Notes: generated from the sequence alone by a model not told the origin. A DNA stretch of 64,000 bases from Tubulanus polymorphus (GCF_964204645.1 NC_134026.1:1-64000); one strand, 5' to 3'; positions 38,757 through 52,600 are shown, counted from the first letter of the stretch. Numbers and translations are program-made.

Positions 38757-40402
38757 ATGTATCGTAAAATGGCGGACGTTGAAGTGGTGAAAGCGCTGCG
38801 TTCAGTGATTGAAAGAGTTACTGCAGCTTGTGATCTTCGCGGATCGGTGAGTTTTTAAGTGCGAACAAAACCTCTCTATCTAAAGCATCTTTTGAGCTAT
38901 AAATTGTCACTTTTATCCGAACTATTGTATGTGTAATCGCCATTTAATGTAAGATTTTTTCTGCAATTCGCACCCGATTCATTCGCCATCTACCGGTTAT
39001 TTGTTTCAGAATGTAACTACTCGTTTAGTCGCTGTCAGTAAAACTAAACCCAAGGAACTCATATTTGCTACTTACGACGCTGGTCAAAGGCATTTCGGTG
39101 AAAATTATGTAAGAAAACATCAAAGATAAGCGTAAAATTCATCTTAGATTCATCACGACCTTTGAAATGATTCTTTTCTCGATGTTAAATAAGTTCAGAA
39201 ATTTACAGAATTTATGGTTTTGTTTTAGGTTCAAGAATTAGAAGAAAAAGGCCACGATAAAAGTGTATGTAAACCATTCCAGATGAAATAAGACATATCT
39301 ATGAATTTAGCGTATAATACTCTGTTGTGTTTCTCCTTTTTAAATTTCAGATATTAGAAAAATGTTCAGATATAAAATGGCATTTTATTGGTCACCTTCA
39401 ACGCAATAAAGTAAATAAAGTTACAGGTAAAATTGACAGGATCCGGTTCCAAGGTTATAATTCGAAAACTTAAGAGTTTACTGAACTCATTATGCTGTGG
39501 AGTTATGTGCTTGCTTTTTTATTCTCTCGCTGCTGCGACCACTTTATTTATTTCAGGTGTGCCAAATTTATTTATGGTTGAAACTGTTGACAGCGACAAA
39601 TTGGCAATGGCACTCAACAATTCGTGGCAGAAATGTGGCAAAGATGAACCATTGCGTATAATGGTACAAGTGAATACTAGTGGAGAACAAAGTAACTTCT
39701 AAATTTACCTATTTTACACAGACTTGTTAAACTCAGTGAAATTGTCTCTATTTTTGAGTTCTAATTTGTATTTCAATTTACCGAGTGTAACTCATTGACA
39801 AATGATATTTCACTGTATTTCAAAGTCTATTTCTTCATTTAACTGAATCAATTACGCGCTCTTTATTTTTGTAGATAAAAGTGGTTGTGAACCGAATGAA
39901 GTGACTGCTGTGGTAAAACATGTTTTAGAAACTTGTCCTCATCTGAAACTTCAAGGTCTAATGACGATAGGAGCATTTGATCATGATCTAAGCTCAGGAC
40001 CGAATCCGGACTTCCAGGTATTGCAAGTTTCCTTATCAGTTTTTGAAAATATTTGTCTGAAATGAAAGAAAGCTGCTTGATATGAATTTTTTTGTATGAA
40101 TTATTTATTTCAGAAATTAGTGCAGTGCAGAAAAGATGTCTGCAATAATCTAAAACTGGATGAAAATGATTTCGAACTGAGTATGGGAATGTCTAATGAT
40201 TTCGAACACGCTGTAAGTAGGAAAATCAGATTCAAATTTGATTTGATTTGTTTTTGTTAATGACTGATAGAATCAAATATAAATGGAATATTTTGAATTG
40301 TAGATAGAGGCAGGAAGCACTAATATACGAGTAGGAAGTACAATATTCGGATCCAGATCATACCCGACTAAACCATCTACAGAAACCCCAAACACTTCAT
40401 GA
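38757..40402 (+). CDS. PLPBP: Pyridoxal phosphate homeostasis protein (PROSC/YggS family), 258 aa
   Basis: Eight in-phase exons: 38757-38846, 39010-39108, 39229-39264, 39351-39426, 39557-39691, 39875-40017, 40114-40212, 40304-40402. Motifs [58 protein letters not shown] and RVGSTIFG. Confidence 0.97.
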
Positions 40403-41135
40403 TTTTGAAGCCGCCACAACCTCAACAAGTGGCATCTGAACAACTTTCCATCTTTTGCTCATTTGTGACGAATCCTGATAGATATATTTGTTTTTTTTTC
40501 AGATTAAGTTGTGATAAGTTGAAATGATTTTATGATTGTTACAGTATTTTGTGAAAGGACAGGATGAACTCATTACTCGAGTAGTTCCTGGTTCTTATTC
40601 ATATAGATTTTAAACTAACTTTGTATATTTGTGAAGAGCTTATTGAATATATAAATACAGTAAATGAAATAAATATCTCGTTGGTTTAACATTTCTGAAC
40701 GGGTTTAGTTGGGATTCGAGTCTGTTTAGTTCGTGCGTCTGTAGACTAGGAAATATCTCGCAGGTCACCGACATCAGGGACACCTCCCTGCCGACATCGA
40801 CCAATCAAAACGTCTAGACTGGTTGCCGGTCCCATTCGAAGATAGAGACCGGTAACCAGTCTAGTTAGGGCGTTGTCGTTGGCGCTGATTGGCTGACCAC
40901 GCGTGGCCGGTAAAACCTGAAGCGCGCGATCATTAGATGATATGTGGAGCCAACCAGGAAGTAAATGTAATGTGTAAATTTTGCATTTTCTTCAAATAAA
41001 TTGTCACGTAAATAACCAGTATTCCCCGATCTGGAATGAAATCGAATCGTTCGATTGAATATCTATATTTTGCAGCCCCAGTCAAACAGTAGTACTGGAT
41101 TACCGGTACTAGAACCTGAGAGAGATGTGTGAGAC

Positions 41136-41530
41136 ATGACGTCATCATCGGCAAAAAGAGAAGTTTTTGACGTGAAAGCTGAATTAGAAAAACAACCGGA
41201 AAAAACTGAACATGACACGAGTGAGAATGAAGAAAACAGACCGTAAATATCATTCTTAGATTTTGAAAGAACGAGAGAGAGATTTTTATATTCATTATTG
41301 ATAAAGATAGAAACTTTTTAAATTGTAGTCAATTTGGAATCAAGAGACGAAACAAAGACGAACGAACAAAAAACACGGCAAAACAACTGGAAATAATGCT
41401 TAAAAAACAGAAAGAACACGAAGTTCAAAGACATCATCGAATTTCAGTATCGAGTGTTTATATCGGTGTTGGTATAGCAGTAGGGCTGATAGGGGTTGGG
41501 GTTGGTTTGTATCGACTATTCGCAACTTGA
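41136..41530 (+). CDS. Uncharacterised 102-aa tail-anchored membrane protein
   Basis: Exons 41136-41242 (|gtaaat) and (ttgtag|) 41329-41530 splice in phase to give MTSSSAKREVFDVKAELEKQPEKTEHDTSENEENRPQFGIKRRNKDERTKNTAKQLEIMLKKQKEHEVQRHHRISVSSVYIGVGIAVGLIGVGVGLYRLFAT*. It has one C-terminal hydrophobic helix and is missed by the ORF track. Confidence 0.75.
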
Positions 41531-42586
41531 AGTCAACTAATTTCAGTGCCTTTAATAAACAGTTGTTCTTCATCTATTGCATTTTTTAATATCTATCAGT
41601 TTTATTGTATTCTCTGTATTTCAATCAGTGACCGTGTCGGTCTCTAACGGTTTATGCCGGTCTCTAATAAACAGTCTATACCTATTAGATTCAATTTGTC
41701 TGTGGGAAATTGCTGCAGTTAGGTATTTTCTGATACATTTGTATTTGTTCAGTGATGCGCGGTTGTGTATGCGCCTTGGTAGCTCGTTACTATAAACGTC
41801 AGGGGAACAGAAAGTGTCATGACATGACTATTATCAGTTATTACAAACTTGTTTAATTTGTTGTAGTTGTATAAATCATACGTTGATAGTTAATGGCGAC
41901 AAGTTCGACTGTATTTGAGATGAAATTCTAATTTGTTTGTAAACTGATCTGAGATTATAGTGTCGAGGATTCACTGTGAAATGTAGTTTAGTTTGTCATG
42001 AAATTTGGACGATTCATTTCTAATACATCGTACTTTGAACCTTTTTGTAAAGATGTTTGTATAGCATTCTGTTAATCTCTGTTAAACAGCATTACTAGAT
42101 AATCTGCGATATAAATCTATATGAACAATGAATTTTAGAATTGATTTGACAATTGTTATTGTTATCAATAAAAGATTGATTGATTTTTGAATTGATGAAA
42201 GTTCTGGTCTTCATTTCCTTGAATCCACTTCATGTTATAGAATCGTAAAAGACTAAACGACTCAAGCTGACTATTATCAGAGGTGCTCTTCAGAAACTAA
42301 AGATGATGTTAAAAGGCTGGAGAAATAAAGACTAAGAGTCTACAGTAGAGTGACCTTGGAATGGTGTAAAAATCAATCTGCGTTTTATCAATTCATTTAC
42401 TTTCTACATACAAGGTTATCAAATGGCATTGAACATTGAATTTATTGGCGTTTTCCAGGGAAAATTAGGCTTGTTTTTATTTGATAATTTTTTTTTTCAT
42501 TTCTAATCTTTCACTATCAGTAGTTATCAGTTTTAGCTGTTAAAATACACACGTATGATCGGGTTATTATCACATAAAGGAGAATA

Positions 42587-45500
42587 TTAGAATTTCAGAA
42601 TTCTGTTTTGACGTTGTTCCGCATCTAAACTGCGGCGTCTGTTATACAGCGCCGGACGAATTAGATAACTGAGACCTTTATCAACATCGTCTTGTAATGA
42701 AATACATGCAGCTACGATTCGACCTATTGACATTCCTCCCTGTTCGTAAGCGTCTATCTGTTGAATAGCGTTTTGAGCAGCTCTGATATCTCCGTAAATC
42801 TCGTATCTATTCTTGTATAAGATGAAAAGTTCCTCGGCGACTTTCACGACGAACGATCCACAATCACCTGACGTGCACGAAATCAAAGACTTGATGAATC
42901 CGATAATTTTAAACGCTATCTCCGTTTCGGAACACGCCATGAACGCTTCGTATAAATCTTTTAAACCGAATCCAATATTTCTGAGGCCTTCGTCAAACTG
43001 CGAATACAACACGAGACATTCAGATTATTATTGAAAATGTCTTACGGGATTAAAATCGAAGTGGTTTAATTTTTCTTACCTTCCCGGCGGTAAATGAAGT
43101 AAACGCGTTATGGAAATCTGCGACAGTTTTTTCACCGTCTTTGACGCATTCGGTGATATTCATTCTAGTCTCCTCTCCTAAACCTCGGAGCATTCCCTTA
43201 AATAACTGTTCCCAATTCGCATCCTTCGAGGAGCTACTACTTATTAAATCTATAACAACAAATGTAGTGTCCAAGTGACGAGCTTGTTTCATTTCGGGAC
43301 AACTTTCAGGGGCGGGCCTTTGAAATTTGGAAGGCAGAGTCCAGTTGTTTAGTTAACACATTCTGAATTTGCTTTCACCTCTTTTCGAACCTGATGACTT
43401 GTATCCCTTTGGAAAAATAATGGCTATTGAGCTAATGTTATGCGACCAAAAACATGGGAACTTTGGATAAGTGTCGCATATCCTTCGAATTGATACCACG
43501 ATTAGAATCGCTCACTTCACTGGCCATGGATAGATTTACGAAAAATACACTGTATTTTTCTAATGGATAATGATGAAACTAAAGAAAGAATTGACTCAGA
43601 TAGAACATACCTGTGTGTATGACGCTTGTGAATTCTCGATTTACTAAATATCTAACTTCATATTGACCAGCTGGTAAAAACATGCGCATATAAACCTTAC
43701 CCTGAGGTACCGGTTTACTGAGCGGGTTCTGCCCTCCTTGAACATATCTGTTAGAAAATCATAATCACGAATTAGCAATTAATCCTCAAACTGAATTGAT
43801 TAAGTGGTTGTTATTACCTGAAGTCGATGTATTTATCATTAGAAGCAGATTTCGGGTAGATTCCGATCCAGTCGTTAGCTGTCGCCTCGTCTTCAGGTAC
43901 CGACCATATAGCTGATGTGCTACCACCAAATCCTATTGTTTTATTAGATACTTTCAGAGTTCTAGTTTCAGTCATACTTTCTATCTAAATAATGTGTTGA
44001 AAAAGAAGGCGTACATACTGAAAGTGCCCCAACGTTAGGGGGGATCTAGAATTATATACGTACGAGTGAAATGAGGGGAGGGGGATGTAGCTAGGAAAAG
44101 ACGACTTAAAGCATTTGAGGACTACTTAAAACCTCGTAGGCCCCTACGTTACTTTAACTGTAAAACTGAATGGATTCATAAAAACGTATTCAAGAAAGAT
44201 ATTGAGGCCATAAAAAAGTAGTTGAAATATAGATTGAAGATGATGCGCCGCAAACCTTGTCACCGGCAGTTACAACATGAGCGGTCCACCAACCAGCTTC
44301 ATTCTGTGCCACGAACGGTAAAGACACGATTGAACCACTCGCAGGACGCCCTACAGATTCCCAATCTTCATATTTAGCTCCTTTTTCCAATTGCCAAGTG
44401 TGCCACAAACTAGACGAATAAAAGATAAAATAGTCCAACATCAGTATTCCTGAAGATGACAATAGTTGAGACTTTGAATAAACTGATATATGTTGGAAAC
44501 TTATCGGACTTAATTTTTCATTCTTAATCTGGGACTTTTTATATCATCGTCACAACACGGACTCAGGAATATTTCGTAAATGGTTATTAAACGGATAAGA
44601 TATTTTCAGTTTGTGTTAACCTCAGAGGTTCAAAATAATTGTCTTTTCAAAATACATATTACAGAGATATTTGTCTTACTTTCCATCGCCACCGACAGTG
44701 AATAATTCTATGCCACGATGTATGTTATACCCGACTGTAAAACCGTTCACATTAGAAGCTGGTTTCGGTGTCTACAAAAATATGAGATGGTTACGTATAT
44801 CCGGAAAGCTTATCGCTCACAACATTATGACATAAACACGAAATACGACATAGATTTAATCGTTATGGGTTTGATGTCGCTGAACCGAGCTATCAAAACA
44901 CATAAACACAAATCTGTTTCGTATTTTGGGTTTATGTCGCGCGCTAAGCTTCACAAAACAGGAAACAAGCTTTCCGCAATTAGGCGTTTTATTGGAACGA
45001 TGCAAATGTCCTGACTGATTGATTCAATTCTCCAAGACTTATCTTTTCGTACAATCATTAAAATATCTGAATCTATAATCAATCTAATATAGTTTTCTAA
45101 TGCGGATTTCATTCAGGCTACAATGAATTATGAAATGAGTGGAATTAAAATCGATACCTTGGCGTGCATTTTGTACCAAACAGACCAGGTACAGTATCCC
45201 CATGGATTCGGTACAGCGTCGCACGTCGTCTGCCAAACTTTATGCAATAAACCGTCTTTACCGTACGCAAATACTTCACTTCTTCCGTTAAAGAAACTCT
45301 TGTCCATCGCATGAGCTATCGGTCGAATAGTGGGCACCATTGCTGCCTGACCCCAGCCTTAAGGAAATCGTAAGATATGAATGGAATAATGTTGGGATGA
45401 ACTATGGCGACGTTTTAGGCGCTGTACTAGATGGAACTTATGCTCAAAGAGATCTGATGATAGACGTAATATAGGTTTACTGACTATCAAATATATACAT

Positions 45501-47070
45501 ATAATAACATAGATACATTTTATTGACGGTTATTGAGATATTGAAGCTTTTTGAACAAACATTCCGTGAAATACATTGATTAGATTAAATAAAGCTGTAT
45601 TTTTTTGTTCCTCTGAAGATGAGGTTTAGTTTTAACCTCGAAATTGTCAGGAAATCTGTTTCTACAAATCTAACTGTGGGTTTTTTATTCGTTATCAGTG
45701 AAATAAATTTTATTGTCAGAAAACTAGACGGAAAAATAGTAAATCCATATTTTGTTGCATTTTAACTGATAACATTAATATCTCAGTGTATTTCGACGAT
45801 TTAGTGATAAGCTCTGTTTGTTTTATCTACGCATCGCCATGTATTTTCATTTGATAAATTGTGGCTGTTTCGCGGTCTACTTACTCAATGTTCTCCACGA
45901 AGCCCAACTTCCATCTTTCCATTGCCAGGTTCTGTAAACTTTAGTGTCAGTAAATATAGCGAACGCTTCGAATGCTCCCGAGTACGGGTTGAGAACCAGA
46001 CTGACGTCACTGAGTAACTGGCCACCGATATCTAACCATCTAGTATAGACCTTACCAAACCTGTGGGTAGTTTGCATTAGAGTGGATTTCGAATGCTGCG
46101 TCCGGGCGAATACGTAGAGGATTTGTTGACGTTTTTGGACGAACAGTCGATCTCTACCGACTAGCTTAGCATTTGAGTCGAACGGTAGATAACCAGTTTG
46201 AACTAATCTTCTGAACTTATCAAATCCGCCGCAACCAGAAGCCTTCACTGAAATAGAAATACAAAAATCGATCATACGTTATTTTTCAACATGGATTTAT
46301 AATGAGAAAGAGTTCAAACTGTAATCAAATTATTTCTATTTAGAAAAATAGGTTTATCCTTTTATGATTATGAGATTCTTATTTAGCGTTATTCGTACTA
46401 CAGTCAACCTCGGTTAATCCGTTAAACTGTATAAGTGCTTATTCCGTATAAACAAATTGGTCCCATTTTTCAGTAACGTTATTCCCTTTAAAATTCTGTA
46501 TCAAATCGGGACTATAAAATTAGGTCAACCAAATTTAGATTTGAACTTTGGCACGGCAGATGCTAAAATGAAAGTAAATACGCAAAAACCAGGATTTCGT
46601 AAAATAGAAGCCATTTTACGTGAAATGAAATGACGGTTTTTAAAAAACTTAAAGATTAGAAAGTAATTTTCTTAAAGCGTATTTGTTTCTTACAATCTAT
46701 TCAATAATGTGTGCGTCATGATAATAAAAGTGAATAATCATTTACCAGATTGAGTACTGACGTAAACCTGACCATCTGAAAACTGCGCATAAACGTGAGT
46801 CGTATTGTCAATATCTTGTGACGTCACTGCATTAGAAACTGGAAATAACGTCGCAGTCGGATTGTCGAATATTGTCCAAGCGCTCCATTTCATATCACTG
46901 GCGGCCGTGGCGCATTTTACACCGGTCGAATCGGCGTAAAAAGCGAGTTGATGAAATCCGGGATTCAAAAGATCTATCGTTACGTCCAGTCTCCTATCAA
47001 CCGAGGACGCATCGATCCGTACTAACAGCGCACCGGAAAACAGTAACAGAAACGTGACAACTTCCATCAT
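42587..47070 (-). CDS. Secreted 672-aa protein: signal peptide, PLL-like beta-propeller lectin repeats, SKICH/Ig-like domain, Cys-containing helical C-terminal domain
   Basis: Nine in-phase exons: 47070-46746, 46247-45885, 45357-45158, 44771-44680, 44409-44256, 43984-43818, 43747-43611, 43249-43080, 42997-42587. N-terminus MMEVVTFLLLFSGALLVRIDA. Repeats EVFAYGKDGLLHKVWQ..WSVW, ELFTVGGDGNLWHTWQ..WESVG and EAFAIFTDTKVYRTWQ..WASW; DWIGIYP motif. Domain names are by pattern recognition only. Confidence 0.85.
45608..45653 (+). ncRNA. Minimal type I hammerhead ribozyme motif
   Basis: Stem I TTCCT/AGGAA, core CTGAAGA, stem II GAGGTT/AACCTC, GAAA, vestigial stem III, and GUC cleavage triplet (45646-45648). 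Confidence 0.6.
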
Positions 47071-47514
47071 TGACTTATAGGAACCTCAATTTGAGCTATA
47101 TTTACTTCAGTTCGCTGCTATATGTATCGCGGGGGGGATCGTTATCTGATCTCCGTGCGTCACATTATTATGATAAACACATGCATTTTTAATCTTATCG
47201 TTAATGGTTCAATCATTATTAATCATTGAATTCACGATCTAGACTCAAGAGCGCGAATGTGACAGCGAAAAATGGTGGAAATTATATATTCGATGGAGTT
47301 GAAAATAATCTCATTTGCGTCATCATAATAAACCGACCTACAGTTTGTGGAAGTAGAACTTGGAAGAATATCGGGCGTTGTCCGACAATTGAACTGCGCT
47401 TTTGACAAGTTTTTTTTAGCGTTTAATAAAGCGAATTCATTTTATCAGAATAACCTTCAGGTATTGATAGTGGCTACATCTATATCTTTGTCGTCGTCAT
47501 TCTCCAAGAGAACA

Positions 47515-47610
47515 TTTCAAAGCGCAAAAACAATTTTCAGAGCGCAAAAACAATTTTCAAAGCGCAAAAACAATTTTCAAAGCGCAAAAACAATTTTCAA
47601 AGCGCAAAAA
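47515..47610. repeat. 20-bp tandem repeat TTCAAAGCGCAAAAACAATT, ~4.5 copies
   Basis: Seen directly. Confidence 0.93.
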
Positions 47611-49693
47611 ACAAGAAGCATGCATTGCAAAAATGGTATAGTTTGATTTTTGCGCGTTGAAATTTGTTTTTTTGCATGTTGGAATTTGTTTTAGTGCGTT
47701 CTCGTGCGGGATGATGTTGATGAAAAACATTGATATAGGTAACGTAAAAAAGTCAGCAAGATATCTAAAAGATCGGTCGCAAATTCTGCTAGTATTCTCA
47801 AATTCAAAACAGCATGAAACATCATGTCAAAAATACAAACTCCAAGCTGCAAAATGAGAACATTTTTTTTGAGATTTTGTCGTTAATTCAAATTCATATG
47901 ATTTTTTCCAATTGTTTCTATCCCTATTGATCAAAAATACAGAAGGTATTTATATATTTTTGCTATTACAGAGAAGTTCCAGGGTCATGTTGTGACCATG
48001 TCGACCAATAAAAAGGGTATATATTCTTGATTTAGGGCGGAAAGGCATATCAGCAAAATTTTTGAAATTTTACTATCATTTTTAGAGCTTTCTGAGCGTC
48101 TCTGAGAGGCATTCAGTCAAGAAACATAGGTTATATATTTAGGAAAAATATCTATTGTGTATCTCAGGTGGTTACAAATTTTGATACAGAGAAAAAATAA
48201 AAATGCGCTTTAATATTCCGACCGTGTCGGGCGACACGGTCTAAATCCGCACCTGAGTTCACATTAAAAAAAAACACATTTAAAACTGGTCTCGTTATGG
48301 TATAATTGGAATTTGATTTTATCGACGTATAACTATAGTAAGAAATGATTTTATTTGTGTATGAAATGAAAATGAGAACCACGTGAAAGTATCGACAGCC
48401 GGTTATTGTGACCTAGTGATAATATTGAATGTGGTATGTTGTGTAGCGTAGACACGGCGTGTGTGGCTTTAGTGTACGTTGTGAGTCTGCTGGCTGAGGT
48501 TGCTGTGGCTGCTGTACTCGGATTCTACCATAACAGTGACGAGGAAAACACGTCAGGTAAGATTTAAGTCACATCTAATACACATACGGGTTGATGTTTT
48601 TGTTTGGCATTTATAAATGAACGGAGGTTATTCTCTGTTTTGGCGTGGCTGTTATTGCAAGGCGTTGGGCGAGTCAGTCGATAAAATGCACTGTAGGTAC
48701 GGTGCGCGTCATAATCGATAGGACATTCCAGTATCGAGATACCAGGAGATACTGTGTAGCTTTCTGGTCTTATATTGAGACTCACACTTTAAGGTAGTGG
48801 TTGGACATAGTGTATATATGTATGTATATATATTGTTTTATGAACAGATATGATTTATCGGAGGCATAAAACATCTGTCGCACCTGACTCAGTTCTACCA
48901 AAACACATTGTCATTAAAACAGAAATAGAAATAGAATAATCGGATAAACCTGGTTTTCATGTATCGTACGAAATTCTGTCATGAAATAAACAGTTTTGAT
49001 ATTATTCGCCATGTTCTAAGTTTTTAACGCGGTGTAAAATGGATATTATGGAAATTATTGTTAGAAGGAGTCATAACAACTCTTGCTGTCTTCGATGAAT
49101 TTTCATTCACTGGTAAGAGACACGTCTTCTTGCGACTAAAAAGTTCTGATTGTATTATATAGTAAACCCGACACAAATGATAGTAACCTTTTCATAGTCA
49201 CTTATAAAAAGCCCGAATTCATATAAAAAACACACAAAAGCCTGTCGGTACATATAGGTCATTGGATTGAATCAAGGTGGAAATCGTGCAAAAACCGAAG
49301 TGACTTAATATCTTCTCCAAAACGTATTGAATCCGGTGTCTAGGTGATACTAACAACACCGTAGTTATTGAAGGAGTTGAAGCGACATGCGCATTCATAG
49401 AACATTCATCAGTTGTACTCTACTCCGGTGTGCAGCTCTGGTCGTGGGTTTATATGGTTGGTTGTTATTCAGACATCACCATTGACTCAAAAAAGTAAAC
49501 CTTTGTACCGTGTTTCATTATCTGGCCCTATGACATAGTTTGGGCTTTATATAGTGCGGTAAAAAGTGAAGTGAATTTATTAGCGAACCAGACACCAAAC
49601 TCCGCGACTCTCATCACATTTGATCCACTTTCATTCATATTTTATCTAGAACATAATACGTAAACCTCAACGGCAGTCAAACCAGTGAAAATC

Positions 49694-52600
49694 ATGTCGA
49701 TTTTTGAAACTCTGCGGGATAAGTATGAATTGATGCTCAATAAATCAGGTAAGTTTAACCTTTGAACTTTCTCCTCCATTTTTATCGTTAGCGGTTTTTA
49801 AGTTAAATTTTCTTTTTGGTTCGTTTGGAAAGTACGAGCTAATTCGAGGATATAAGGTTCAATCCATTCGTTTAAGGATGTGATGTTAAAAGTCATAACA
49901 TTAACAGGACAATCCCGCTTTCACTGACCCACGACAACATTGTACCACATTATAACTTCATTTAATATGCATACCATGTTTTATCAGTTTGTGATCCGTA
50001 TAAACACGTTTAGCGATCTCAAGTCTCATCCGTATTTTTTCATATTCATATTTTACCTATAGATCAGTGATGTAGGTTTAATATAATATGTCTGTTGTGT
50101 CTCATATATTTACACAATTTTCATATTCAGGATAAAAATAAAAATCGTTCTAACATTCACATGTAAATCATTTTTCGTTGAACCAGATGTTGTGGTTTGT
50201 GTATTAACCACGAGTATTTATGCGAACACGTGTTTTTTTTTAAATTTTGGGTGAATTCATAATTCGGAATCTGTGTACATTAGACTCGGCTGTACTCGAT
50301 AACGTTGGATAATCACCGTATTGCAGAAATAGAAAGTTTTACTGAATGAATTTGAGTTAAATTATTCACTGATTTGAGCATTAGTGAGTAAGGAGAGTCT
50401 ATTGAACCCGTCTCTAGGAATCGCTGGGCGATGTGCATTTCATGTTCACGTATATCAGATATCGCGTATTTACGTGCCCGACCCTGACATTCATTTAACT
50501 ATCCTTACTTATCCTTACCTATCGGCATTCATCGTTTGATTCCTGTCTACGAATAGACTTAGTTTGATAAGATAAAGATAAAACTTTCGAGGTCGCAGAC
50601 CAAACATGGATTGGAAAAATCTCGATGACATTCTTATGTTTTGGCAAGTGAAGGTCACGGTTCACTTTCAACGAGTGAAAGTCAGTTGTATTCAAGGCTT
50701 GAATTCAAGATCTTAGCCCATCTTGATAGTATAAGCCAATCTAAGACCGGTCTCATGATTTAAGACCCGTTTTGAATTTAGATCTCACGGCGGTGCAAAT
50801 GGGACTGCAGTTTCCTCATAGCTCGACATTTCAAATCATGTTTATCATAATGTTTAAATTATGGCCTATAGAACTTGAAGTCTCCTATGAACAGCAGAGC
50901 TGCCACTGTTCCTTATTTTCAGTATTTGTTACTCTTTTATAATGAGAAATAAGGATTAGTTTGATTGCTGCATTTAGAAATTTGAAAGCTGTCACCGAAA
51001 AAAAATCAATTTGTTACTGACAGCACTTTTTAGAGGTTGGCAGCCCTGTGAAAGGTTATCTGCACTCCCTGTAGCATCGGTTTCAGTAATTTCTGCATGA
51101 AAGTTTACTCCAATCTACCCGAAGAAATTCATATAATTATGTAATATTTTTCAGACAAACGATTTGATCACTGGCTATGGATGAAAAGTCCCGTCCCGAC
51201 TTTAGTCTTTCTCTTCTTGTATATCGTAACGATATATATCGGTCCAAAAATAATGAGAAATAGGGAACCGTTTCATCTAAAACCGGTTTTAGTTTTATAC
51301 AATCTATGTTTGGTTGTTTTATCCGCTTACATAAGCATTGAGGTAAAGTTAATTTTGATATATCTGAAATCGATATTCGTTTATCTCCGCGAAAATATAC
51401 TATTTCAACGTAATGTATTATTTTGCAGACTGTTCGTATTGCTGTTTTCAAATACGAATATAACTGGTTTTGTCAACCTATAGATTACAGCACTGAAGAC
51501 GATGTGATGAGAGTAGGTTTTATTTACTGTATAATTTACATGTAACATGTTTGTTTCTGAAATTTGATCGATTTGAATATATATTTGCAACACGATTTCA
51601 CGATGTTTTATATTTACAGTTATCCTCAATGGGCTGGTGGTTTTACATATCAAAAATTATAGAGTTACTTGACACGGTAAATGATGACATTATTGCATTA
51701 TGTTTTAAGTGCTTGATAAATATATTACTCATATATTGAACTGAGTAGAATTAGATCGCGGTGTGCGGTGTGCGGTGTGCGGTGTGCGGTGTGGGTATCG
51801 GGAATGTTAGATAGACCTCGACCCAGCGATACTCGAAAATTATGCGATCTTCTTTCGCCGTTTTCATCGAATACTCGCATATTCAGTTGTTGAGACGACC
51901 TCGAATTGGTGCTAGTTTAAAGTAGGTTCCCTAGTGAAACATTGCAGTAAAACATTTCAACGGACGGATCTATGGAAGGCGGGAATCTTATGGACAAGGA
52001 GGGGGATTCCACCAACTGCCACAGGCGGATTCGCCCTCCGTGTTACAACACTTAGAAGGAAGAAATATATCCAAAAGGATACAATTTAGATGAGAATGAG
52101 TCAATTTTTCTTGTTTTGAAGAAGGGAAATCTAAAAAAGAAGGAAGGGATCCGCCCTCAAAAATACTTCCTAGACTTTCATCCCTAAAACATTCTCCAGA
52201 AAATCATTGCAAACAATGTGGGAATAGAAATAATATAAAATGTATGCTATCATTGCGAAGTAAAATCAGTAGTAGCCTCGACTGATTACCGCCATTTTAC
52301 ACAGTTTATAACCCGAGAAAAAAAGGCGTTTTCTCGAGAAACCATCGTCGTATTCAGAATCGATCACGAGTCACACCCTACAACTCGCTTAAACAATATT
52401 GATAGCCAAACAGTCGATTAACGCAGCGGCCTTTAGATATATAGAACCATCGGCAATATACTGTATATTCAGCTGTATGTTATAATGATCGATGTAAATT
52501 GATGGCTTTTTATTTCAGGTATTTTTTATTCTTCGCAAAAAGAACAACCAAATTAGCGTTCTACACTGTTATCATCACGGTACTATGACGATTATCTGCT

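Noticed and set aside
42587-47070. Bacterial contamination as the source of the PLL-like gene
   Set aside because: It has eight canonical in-phase GT-AG introns and is flanked by animal genes.
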